Assembly (NCBI GenBank): GCA_024695205.1
Contig: JAILIQ010000054.1
Coordinates: 1 to 44,224 of the forward strand
Length of the DNA: 44,224 nt
Direction: 5' to 3'
From: Lachnospiraceae bacterium
Lineage (GTDB): Bacteria; Bacillota; Clostridia; Lachnospirales; Lachnospiraceae
Shown here: positions 18,189 through 26,773 of the stretch, piece after piece
Position numbering within the stretch: position 1 is the first letter of the stretch
Layout of the letters: each line of letters begins with the position of its first letter
Made by a program: the position numbers and the translations under genes
The notes under the pieces: generated by a model
Seen by the model: only the letters and a program-made list of their open reading frames with translations
Told to the model about the DNA's origin: nothing
The model's database searches: none

Positions 18189-19128
18189 AACTAGTAAGGT
18201 TCCGCAAATGAACATGTCGCTCGACAATGACTGGAGATCGCGGGCGAAGAGGTTCATACGGAAGAACTGGATCGGATACGCGTTTCTTGCGCCCTTTGTA
18301 ATACTGTTTACGATATTCATCGTAGCTCCGGTTCTTACGGCAATAGGCTTAAGCTTTACCGATTACAACATGATGCAGACTCCTCATTTTGTCGGAGTCA
18401 ATAACTACAAGCTGTTGTTTCTGGACGATGAGGTTTTCATCACCGCGCTTTCAAACACGATAAAATTCGCGGTCATCACCGGTCCTATCGGTTATCTGCT
18501 TTCCTTCTTTGCAGCATGGGTTATCAACCAGCTTAAATTTAAGCGGTTTTTCGCACTTGCGTTTTATGCTCCTTCTATTACATCGGCTGTTGCGATGTCA
18601 ACGATCTGGATGGTAGCCTTCTCAGGCGACAGACTCGGATATATCAATAATTTCCTGTTAAATCACGGATTTATTGATGAACCGATCCTCTGGAACACAG
18701 ACCCGACTTACATCATGGGCGTTGTAATGTTCATCCAGCTGTGGATGAGTATGGGTACAGGCTTCCTTGTATTCCTTGCTGGTCTGCAGAACGTTGACAG
18801 GTCGATGTACGAAGCTGGTGCCATAGACGGTGTCAAAAACAAGTTTCAGGAACTGTTCTATATCACACTGCCCGCAATGAAGCCCCAGCTGCTGTTCGGT
18901 GCGATCAATTCGATCACCGGATCCTTCGCGGTATTTGAGATCGCTGTTCAGGTGGCGGGCATGCCAAGCCCGAATTACGCAGGACATACGATAGTGGCGC
19001 ACCTGTTCGATTACGCTTTCATACGTTTCCAGATGGGTTATGCGTCAGCGATAGCGGTTGTGCTGTTCCTTATCACTTTCCTGCTCGGCAAGGTGGTATT
19101 CAGATTCCTGTCATCGAAAGATGAATAA
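18181..19128 (+). CDS. Sugar ABC transporter permease (MalF/LplB-like)
   Basis: Six TM helices and an EAA-loop region (YEAGAIDGVKNKFQELFYITLP). The start overlaps the SBP stop by 8 nt, which suggests translational coupling. Confidence 0.88.
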   Translation: MTKTSKVPQMNMSLDNDWRSRAKRFIRKNWIGYAFLAPFVILFTIFIVAPVLTAIGLSFTDYNMMQTPHFVGVNNYKLLFLDDEVFITALSNTIKFAVITGPIGYLLSFFAAWVINQLKFKRFFALAFYAPSITSAVAMSTIWMVAFSGDRLGYINNFLLNHGFIDEPILWNTDPTYIMGVVMFIQLWMSMGTGFLVFLAGLQNVDRSMYEAGAIDGVKNKFQELFYITLPAMKPQLLFGAINSITGSFAVFEIAVQVAGMPSPNYAGHTIVAHLFDYAFIRFQMGYASAIAVVLFLITFLLGKVVFRFLSSKDE

Positions 19129-19191
19129 AAGAAACTCTCCGGACTGTTTAAACCGGATAAGAAAACATAAGTCACCGGGAGATAGTGAATT

Positions 19192-20073
19192 ATGATAAAG
19201 ATAAAATGGTTCAAAGGACAATGGCTGCATATTACATTCGGCAAAACACTGCTGTATGTGGTCATGATCGCACTTGTTGCATTTACGGTCCTTCCGCTCA
19301 TATACGTGGTAGTTACCGCGTTCAAGCCGCTTGACGAGCTGTTCGTTTACCCGCCGCAGTTCTTTGTAAGAAGACCTACGACCAAGAACTTCTCGGATCT
19401 GGTAATAACACTGGGCAGCTCTACGGTGCCGTTTACCAGATATGCCTTCAACAGTATCGTTGTTACGATCTGCATCGTATTTCTGACGGTCTGCGTGTCA
19501 TCGCTGGCAGCATATTCGCTGGTAAAGTTCAAGCCCAAGGGCGGCAAGTTCATATTTGACCTGATACTTATGGCGCTGATGTTCTCGGCGCATGTTACCA
19601 GGATCCCGAGCTACATGATCGTAAACAAGCTGAACCTGATCAATACCTACTGGGCGCTGATACTTCCGAATATCGCAGTTGCGTATAACTGTTTCCTTAT
19701 GAGGCAGTTCATACAGCAGTATCCGGATGAACTGATCGAAGCCGCCAGGATAGACGGAGCCGGTGAACTCAAGATCTTCATCAAGATGGTAATGCCTGCG
19801 CTCGCGCCGGCATGGTCGACTCTGATCGTATTCTCGTTTGTGACCAACTGGAACGATTATTTTTCACCTTTGATCTACATCACAAGCCAGGCAATGAAGA
19901 CTCTTCCTCTGGCACTGCAGACGATAAGCGGAGGCGCTGCGGGCATGAGTGTCGGACGTGCGGGAGCTGTTGCCGCATCGACACTGCTCATGACGGCACC
20001 TACGGTAGTAATATTTACGATCATGCAGGGCAAGGTTATGGAAACAATGGCATATTCTGGTATTAAAGGGTGA
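19192..20073 (+). CDS. Sugar ABC transporter permease (MalG/LplC-like)
   Basis: EAA loop IEAARIDGAGELKIFIKMVMP and six TM helices. Confidence 0.88.
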   Translation: MIKIKWFKGQWLHITFGKTLLYVVMIALVAFTVLPLIYVVVTAFKPLDELFVYPPQFFVRRPTTKNFSDLVITLGSSTVPFTRYAFNSIVVTICIVFLTVCVSSLAAYSLVKFKPKGGKFIFDLILMALMFSAHVTRIPSYMIVNKLNLINTYWALILPNIAVAYNCFLMRQFIQQYPDELIEAARIDGAGELKIFIKMVMPALAPAWSTLIVFSFVTNWNDYFSPLIYITSQAMKTLPLALQTISGGAAGMSVGRAGAVAASTLLMTAPTVVIFTIMQGKVMETMAYSGIKG

Positions 20074-20087
20074 TACGGGAGGTTAGT

Positions 20088-22247
20088 GTGAAAAGGATTA
20101 GTCGAATATCAGCTTTGATGCTGGCATTCCTCATGACGGTCATGTTGATATGTCCGGTCAGGGCGGATGCGGCGCAGTCAGAGAGCTACGTTACCGGCGA
20201 CGATAACTACCGGCAGCCGGTTCCCGAATGCTATGTTGTTACCGACATCATCAATAACCTTCGTGGTTTTGAAGACAAGAACGGCACATTCAGAAAGCCC
20301 CAGGATCTTTTCATCGATGACAATGATTTTATCTATGTGGTGGATACGGGCAATAAGCGTATCGTCAAGATGAATCCCGATTTTGAGACTGTTGCGACAT
20401 TTAAAGGGCCCGGCAAGGCATTTGCCAATCCCCAGGGAATCTTCGTAGATGACGACGGCGACATGTATGTTGCCGACACGGAAAACAACCGGATCGTTCA
20501 TATGGATCCGGAGGGCGCTCTGGTGGAGGAATTTGTCAATCCCGAGAGCGAGCTTGACACGGGAGCTGTATTTACTCCCACAAAGCTTGTTGTAACCCAG
20601 ACAGGATATATCTACACCGTAAAAGGTGAGAATATCATGGCGATCGACGGCAATAACGGTTTCCGCGGTTTCTACGGACAGACCAACATCGGATACGACC
20701 TTGCGGAAGCGCTGTTCAGAATGTTCGCGTCGGAAAGGCAGAAAGCCGTTCACACCAAAAAGCTCGCAGCCTCATATATCAATCTTACCTACGGTAAGGA
20801 CGGAATGATCTATGCTACCAGCATGGAGCGCGAGGAAGGCGAGATCAAGAAGCTGAATTCGATCGGTACGAATATTTACCGTAAATACAAGACAGTCGGC
20901 AATTCGCTTCGTAACCCGATCACCGATTTTATAGAAAATAAGCTGTTAAAGACCGTCGTTGCCGGACAGAGCTTCAAATTCGGCGAGTACTTTGACGATG
21001 ACGGCAACTATATAGAACCTGTATTTGTTGATGTCTGTGTTGACAATAACGGCATCGTTACCGTGGTGGAGCAGCTCAACGGCAAGGTTTACCAGTACGA
21101 CCAGGACGGCAGGATGCTTGTTGCGTTCGGCGGACTCGGAGAGAAGAACGGAACATTTACAAGACCGAGCGCGATCGATGTCGACAGCAAGGGCAGACTG
21201 TACGTGCTCGACCAGATCAATAATAATATCCAGGTATTTGAGCCGACGGAATTCATCCAGTATATCCATGATGCGACTTCGGCTTACAATAACGGTGATT
21301 ACGCCAGATCCTACGAGCTGTGGAATACGGTCCTTTCGATCGATGAAAACTATACGCTCGCACATGTAGGTATCGCAAGAGCCTATTACAAGCAGCAGCA
21401 GTACAAGGATGCGATGGAAGAGTCCAAGATCGTGGATGACCGTGATGTTTACACGATGGCCTTCGACGAGTACAAATATGAGGTCCTCAGAGCTCATTTC
21501 TTCCCGATAATCCTTACGGCTGTCATTATCATTGTTGCGGTGTTACTGTTCATAGGCTGGTTCCACAGGTTCGGAACGAAGAAATACTGGGAATTCATCG
21601 AACACCGCAAGCCTAAGATGAGCATCGGCGACGGGCTGACATATTGCTTCTATGCGATATTCCATCCGGTAGATGCCATGGAGGGTATCAAATACAACCG
21701 CGACAGACTGAATACGGCGGTTCCGATCATCATATTTGTAACGGCTTTTGTTGTACGGATCGCTTACCTTTATGTTGTTCATTTTCCGCTGGCTTCGATC
21801 GAGACCGAGGATATCAATCCCTGGTTTGAAATGGTGAAGCTGCTGATAGTTCCGCTGTCATGGATACCCGCATCGTTTATGGCAACAAGTATTTCGGGCG
21901 GCGAGAGTAAAGTAAAGGAAATAACCTTTGCAAGCGCGATCTCGCTGGTACCTTTTATCGTTATCAATGTACCGCTCATGTTCCTTTCGAACATCATGTC
22001 GAAGTCACAGCGTTCATGGTACGGCGTATTTTCGACACTTGCGTACATCGGACTGTTCCTGATACTTCTTATAGCCATGATGGTGCTGAACAATTATACC
22101 TTCGGTAAAACGATCGGAATGATGTTCGTAGCGGCATTCCTGATGCTTGTGCTGTGGCTTGTAATGCTGCTGTGCTATGTACTGTCGGGACGTGTTATCC
22201 AGTTTGTAATGTCAATAATCGAGGAGTTCAGGATTAACTTCCTGTGA
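20088..22247 (+). CDS. Signal peptide + NHL-repeat beta-propeller + TPR-like segment + C-terminal Yip1-like polytopic membrane domain; function unknown
   Basis: GTG 20088 lies 5 nt after GGGAGG. The signal peptide is VKRISRISALMLAFLMTVMLICPVRADA. NHL-type blades include FIYVVDTGNKRIVKMNPDFE, DMYVADTENNRIVHMDPEG and GRLYVLDQINNNIQVFEP. A TPR-like segment follows (YNNGDYARSYELWNTVLSIDENYTLAHVGIARAYYKQQQYKDA). Then come one TM helix and a 5-TM Yip1-like block. Confidence 0.7.
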   Translation: MKRISRISALMLAFLMTVMLICPVRADAAQSESYVTGDDNYRQPVPECYVVTDIINNLRGFEDKNGTFRKPQDLFIDDNDFIYVVDTGNKRIVKMNPDFETVATFKGPGKAFANPQGIFVDDDGDMYVADTENNRIVHMDPEGALVEEFVNPESELDTGAVFTPTKLVVTQTGYIYTVKGENIMAIDGNNGFRGFYGQTNIGYDLAEALFRMFASERQKAVHTKKLAASYINLTYGKDGMIYATSMEREEGEIKKLNSIGTNIYRKYKTVGNSLRNPITDFIENKLLKTVVAGQSFKFGEYFDDDGNYIEPVFVDVCVDNNGIVTVVEQLNGKVYQYDQDGRMLVAFGGLGEKNGTFTRPSAIDVDSKGRLYVLDQINNNIQVFEPTEFIQYIHDATSAYNNGDYARSYELWNTVLSIDENYTLAHVGIARAYYKQQQYKDAMEESKIVDDRDVYTMAFDEYKYEVLRAHFFPIILTAVIIIVAVLLFIGWFHRFGTKKYWEFIEHRKPKMSIGDGLTYCFYAIFHPVDAMEGIKYNRDRLNTAVPIIIFVTAFVVRIAYLYVVHFPLASIETEDINPWFEMVKLLIVPLSWIPASFMATSISGGESKVKEITFASAISLVPFIVINVPLMFLSNIMSKSQRSWYGVFSTLAYIGLFLILLIAMMVLNNYTFGKTIGMMFVAAFLMLVLWLVMLLCYVLSGRVIQFVMSIIEEFRINFL

Positions 22248-22264
22248 TTTAAGGAGTAATCAGC

Positions 22265-24547
22265 ATGGGTGAGAAGATTAAGAGATTCTTTCTTGACCGG
22301 ATCGGATCGATCGTATTCCTGGTCATTATCGCGATCCTGCTCGTTATAGGTACGGGAAGGGTAAAAACGGCCAGATCCAATGCGATAACATACAGCGATG
22401 ATTATGAAGCGCCCGAGAAGGAAGCTGATCTGACAGGCGCCGGTGAATATGTATCGATAGCCGAAAATGGCAAGCTGGAGCTCCTGTACAACGATGTCAA
22501 GGGAGCAATACAGGTCAGAAATCTCGAAGACGGTTATCTGTGGAAATCGATCGTTGACGAAGAGGTTTATCCGAAGCTTTCCAGGGCAAATGCCCAGTGG
22601 AAGCTGAACATGCAGTCGGCGATACATATCAAGTATAATGACCTGAAGAAGCGCGATTCGGGCGTAAAAGAGCTTTACGCGGCCAAGGATTGCGGATATC
22701 TTTCATCTGAGTATATCGAAAACGGAGTTGCGGTAACATACGGATTCCTGGCACCGGGTATCTACATTACCGTTGAATATACGATAGATGGGGATGAACT
22801 TGTAGTGAAGATCCCGTACGAAAAGATACAGGAATATTCCAAATTTGCCGTAGCAAGCATTTCGGTTCTTCCCTATATGGGTGCCTGCGGCAATGAGAAT
22901 GACGGATATCTTTTCTACCCGGACGGAAGCGGTGCCATAACAGCTTTTGACAGAGTGGCGGAGCGTGCCGCGAATGTCAAGATGTCCAATTACTTTGTAT
23001 ATCTTAACCGTTCGGTTTCTTTTAACAATATATTTTTCCTGGATAATTACGACCGCTACACAGCTGCGATGCCGGTATGCGGTATCAAGAACGGCGACAA
23101 TGCGTTATTTGCCTATATGGCAGAGGGAGCCGGCAATTCATGCGTAACGGTTTATCCTTCGGGTGTTGTTGTCGATCTGAACCGTATCAGCTTCGATATA
23201 TTTACGAGAAATGTTTATAACGTGGACATGTACAATATCTCGAGCGGCAATGACGCCCAGGCGACCGGCGGACAGGTTCAGCGTGTAGACAAGTTTGTGA
23301 TCCCCGAGGATAAGGTCATCAGGTACGCGTTCCTTTCGGGTGACAAGGCCAATTACAGCGGAATGGCCGAGGTTTACAGAGAATATCTTATAAGAAACAG
23401 CCTTCTGAATGACTCGCAGGCCGCCGACAACGGCAAGCTCGCACTCAAGCTTCTTATGGGAACGACCAAGCCGGGTATTGTATTTGACGAATATATCACG
23501 ATGACCACTTACGATCAGGTTATCGAGATACTCGAAAGCCTTAAATCGAAAGGCATTTCCAATGTCGAGCTTGTTCTGAACGCATGGCAGAAGGGCTGGG
23601 AGGACTATGAAAACTGGGGTCCCGATTCGCATCTGGGCGGAAAGAAAGGCTTGAAGAAGCTGGCAGAGTATGCAGACGCCAATGCCGACCTGAATGTCTA
23701 TCTTGCAACGGATATGGTGATCGCCAATTCCGAGACGAGCGGACTCAACGAGGAAGAGGATGTTGCCTATAATGGTCTGAACATTGAGATCTCGGCAGGT
23801 TCGACCGACGGCAAGAACTGGTATCTGAGAAATCCTTATGCTATAAAGCAGGTGAACGAGGCATTCCTTAAGAAGCTTGAAAAATATGATGCTGTCGGTG
23901 TTGCATATATGGATCTCGGCAAATATGCCTATGCGGATTTCAACGAATGGCATCCCTACATTAAATCGGAATCGGTCAAAGAGCTGATGGGGATCTTTGC
24001 GGATACAAAGAAAACCGGCAGGCTGATAGCTTCGGCAGGCCAGAACCAGTACGCATTTGCCAGCAGTGATTACATTTATGATATGAAAGAGGATCCGTTC
24101 GGTCTGTCGATCACGGATTACGCGGTTCCTTTTGCACAGATGGTTCTGTCGGGAAGGCTTTCGTACTCTTCGGAAAGCGCAGGCAATCTTGCCTACGACC
24201 TCCAGACCCAGAAGCTTAAATGGATCGAATTCGGTTCCGCTCCGAGCTTTTATCTGACTTACGAATCGGCGCTGAAGCTTCGTAATACAGGCAATGACCG
24301 GTTGTTCAGTTCCACATTCTCGGACTGGGAGCCCGAAGTGGTAAGTGTTTACGATGAGTACAGAAGGAATTTCGGGAAGATCTTCGGGGTAAGGATGAAG
24401 GAACACGAGGTTCTCGGACCTGATTACAGAAAGGTGACTTACGAGAACGGATATATCGTTTACATCAACTATTCCGATAAGGAAGCGGTTATCGAAGGTG
24501 TGACCGTTCCCGCAAAGAACTATATCGTAACGGAGGGAGGACGCTGA
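22265..24547 (+). CDS. Uncharacterised 760-aa N-terminally membrane-anchored extracytoplasmic protein (resembles the family I remember as DUF5696; unverified)
   Basis: AAGGAG RBS. There is one N-terminal TM helix (IGSIVFLVIIAILLVIG) and no motif I can assign to a known CAZy family. The central and C-terminal part has an alternating beta/alpha character compatible with a TIM-barrel-like fold (inference only). Confidence 0.6.
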   Translation: MGEKIKRFFLDRIGSIVFLVIIAILLVIGTGRVKTARSNAITYSDDYEAPEKEADLTGAGEYVSIAENGKLELLYNDVKGAIQVRNLEDGYLWKSIVDEEVYPKLSRANAQWKLNMQSAIHIKYNDLKKRDSGVKELYAAKDCGYLSSEYIENGVAVTYGFLAPGIYITVEYTIDGDELVVKIPYEKIQEYSKFAVASISVLPYMGACGNENDGYLFYPDGSGAITAFDRVAERAANVKMSNYFVYLNRSVSFNNIFFLDNYDRYTAAMPVCGIKNGDNALFAYMAEGAGNSCVTVYPSGVVVDLNRISFDIFTRNVYNVDMYNISSGNDAQATGGQVQRVDKFVIPEDKVIRYAFLSGDKANYSGMAEVYREYLIRNSLLNDSQAADNGKLALKLLMGTTKPGIVFDEYITMTTYDQVIEILESLKSKGISNVELVLNAWQKGWEDYENWGPDSHLGGKKGLKKLAEYADANADLNVYLATDMVIANSETSGLNEEEDVAYNGLNIEISAGSTDGKNWYLRNPYAIKQVNEAFLKKLEKYDAVGVAYMDLGKYAYADFNEWHPYIKSESVKELMGIFADTKKTGRLIASAGQNQYAFASSDYIYDMKEDPFGLSITDYAVPFAQMVLSGRLSYSSESAGNLAYDLQTQKLKWIEFGSAPSFYLTYESALKLRNTGNDRLFSSTFSDWEPEVVSVYDEYRRNFGKIFGVRMKEHEVLGPDYRKVTYENGYIVYINYSDKEAVIEGVTVPAKNYIVTEGGR

Positions 24548-24551
24548 GAAT

Positions 24552-25514
24552 ATGGAAGAAGTTAAAAAGAAAAAGAAGCGTTCGCTCTCTCTGAGGACAA
24601 AGAACTCACTTAAAGGTCTGGTATTTGTTACACCGTTTATTATCGGACTTCTGGCCTTCTTCCTCTATCCGCTGTTCTTCTCGCTGAGGATCAGCGTTGC
24701 GGAGAAGGTTGAGATCCTGGGCATGAAGCTGTCGGGATTTACCCTGTATTCATTCAAGAGAGCATTTGTTGAGGATTCGGAGTTCCTGCCTACATTTGCT
24801 TCAACGGTAAAATATACGCTTACAACATTTCCCCTGACCATAGTTCTTTCGCTGATCATCGCGATCATCCTGAATAAGAACATCAAGGGAAGAGGATTAT
24901 TCAGAGTCATATTCTTCATCCCTTTCCTTCTCGGAAGCGGTGAGATCATGACACAGATCCTCAATCAGGGCGTTGACAGAGCGGTACTCAACATCATGGA
25001 CGGCAGGATCATTCCGTACAATGTTCTGAGTTATTTCGGAGCCAATATAGTTGATATCGTCCAGAATGTATTCGGAACCCTTGTTACGGTCCTGTGGCGA
25101 AGCGGTGTACAGATACTGCTGTTCCTTGCGGGCCTTCAGAGCATCTCACCGTCTCTTTACGAAGCGGCGAGGATCGACGGAGCGACCGAATGGGAGCTGT
25201 TCTGGAAGGTTACGATACCGATGATATCACCTATGATGCTGCTGAATCTCGTTTATACCATCGTTGATTCGTTCACGAGTCTTGACAATGAGCTGCTCGG
25301 TTATATCAAGACTTACGGATTTGCGAATGCGGAATTCTCCTACGCATCGGCACTCGGCTGGATATATTTTGCGTTTATCGGAGTTCTGGTCGCGATCATT
25401 TTCGGTATCATGAAGAATTATATGCATACAAGCGAAGTTGAGGAGGTAAGGAAGCGTGAGCGCAAACACAGAGTCATTACAATCGAAAAAGCACGCAGAC
25501 GGACTTTCGAGTAA
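24552..25514 (+). CDS. Sugar ABC transporter permease (MalF/LplB-like), second system
   Basis: EAA loop YEAARIDGATEWELFWKVTIPMISP and six TM helices. It starts 4 nt after the upstream stop. Confidence 0.88.
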   Translation: MEEVKKKKKRSLSLRTKNSLKGLVFVTPFIIGLLAFFLYPLFFSLRISVAEKVEILGMKLSGFTLYSFKRAFVEDSEFLPTFASTVKYTLTTFPLTIVLSLIIAIILNKNIKGRGLFRVIFFIPFLLGSGEIMTQILNQGVDRAVLNIMDGRIIPYNVLSYFGANIVDIVQNVFGTLVTVLWRSGVQILLFLAGLQSISPSLYEAARIDGATEWELFWKVTIPMISPMMLLNLVYTIVDSFTSLDNELLGYIKTYGFANAEFSYASALGWIYFAFIGVLVAIIFGIMKNYMHTSEVEEVRKRERKHRVITIEKARRRTFE

Positions 25515-26469
25515 GATGAAGCTTCGTATGCAGCTGTTTGCGAGAAAATATTTCACAAGCTCCGGAGTCAAACTGCTCCTTGTAAGGATCGTCATGTATC
25601 TGCTTGTATTCGGGCTTGCGTTCGTATTTATCTATCCGTTCCTGTATATGATCGTCAATTCGCTTATGTCGAATGCGGATCTGAACAGCAGCTCGGTACG
25701 CTGGCTGCCCACGGAGCTGAAATTCGAGAATTACGCGATCGCGCTTCAGCTGATGAACGGCAAGATATTTGCGAAGAATTCACTGATCGTTACGGTAGTT
25801 GCATGTATCGGCCATATCTTTTCCTGTTCGTTCATCGGATACGGTTTTGCAAGGTTTAATTTTCCGGGAAAGAACTTTTTGTTCATGTTTGTCATACTGG
25901 CGTTCATAGTTCCCACACAGACCCTGATAATCCCCTCGTACCTGACCTATTCGAACCTGAAATGGCTGAATACTTTCCTGCCTCTTACGGTTCCGGCATT
26001 CTTTGGATTCGGACTCAGAGGCGCGCTGTATATCTTCCTGTTCAGACAGTTCTTCCTGACGGTTCCTAAGAGCCTTGAGGAAGCGGCAAGGATCGACGGC
26101 TGCGGATTTATGAAAACCTATTGGAAGATAGTTTTCCCGCTTGCCCGCGCTACCATAGTTGTTGCACTTGTACTTGCGGTAGTATGGCACTGGAATGATG
26201 CCTATGAGCCGGGTATCTATATCAGCAGCCCGACCAAGCAGTTCCTGCCGCCCAGGATCAGGCTGATCATCGAAGCGACCAACGCTCTTCCCGATCAACA
26301 GCAGGAGATGCTGAGACAGTTGGGACTTGAAGACGGCGAAGACACGCTGAACAATGCGGTCGTTATGGCCGGTGCGGCAATAATCAGTGCTCCGGTACTG
26401 CTGTTCTTCGCATTTGCCCAGAGACAGTTCATGCAGGGTATTGAACGTTCCGGTATCACCGGAGAATGA
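25456..26469 (+). CDS. Sugar ABC transporter permease (MalG/LplC-like), second system
   Basis: EAA loop LEEAARIDGCGFMKTYWKIVFP. GTG 25456 follows AGGAGG but overlaps the upstream gene by 59 nt. An alternative start, ATG 25516 (MKLRMQLF), lies 1 nt after the upstream stop, so the 5' end is uncertain. Confidence 0.82.
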   Translation: MSANTESLQSKKHADGLSSKMKLRMQLFARKYFTSSGVKLLLVRIVMYLLVFGLAFVFIYPFLYMIVNSLMSNADLNSSSVRWLPTELKFENYAIALQLMNGKIFAKNSLIVTVVACIGHIFSCSFIGYGFARFNFPGKNFLFMFVILAFIVPTQTLIIPSYLTYSNLKWLNTFLPLTVPAFFGFGLRGALYIFLFRQFFLTVPKSLEEAARIDGCGFMKTYWKIVFPLARATIVVALVLAVVWHWNDAYEPGIYISSPTKQFLPPRIRLIIEATNALPDQQQEMLRQLGLEDGEDTLNNAVVMAGAAIISAPVLLFFAFAQRQFMQGIERSGITGE

Positions 26470-26773
26470 TGAATCTTTAAGTAAAATGTATTTTTCGGAT
26501 ATATCCCATTACGGAGGACCGGGTATCTGAAGAAGGTTCTTTAAGGAAACGGTATTCAGTCTTTCAAACCGGATGTATTCGTTAAATAAATGATGCAGAT
26601 GTCTGTGTCTAATATCACAGATCGCCGGAAACCGGTTGGAATACCGGAAAGGCGCAACTTTCCGGCAACCGTACGGCAGACCGTGTGGCACAATAAAAGT
26701 GCCGTGCAGTCTTCAAGGGGGAGATCTGTAAGACATGGCCATCAAAACCAAACTATTTTACAGGAGGCGTAAA

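Noticed and set aside
23138-24406. A 422-aa ORF on the minus strand, the longest unexplained ORF in the track.
   Set aside because: It lies entirely antisense within the 760-aa plus-strand gene, which has an RBS, a TM anchor and operon context. Its translation is Arg/Cys/His/Ile-rich with no domain motif and no RBS. It is a typical shadow ORF.
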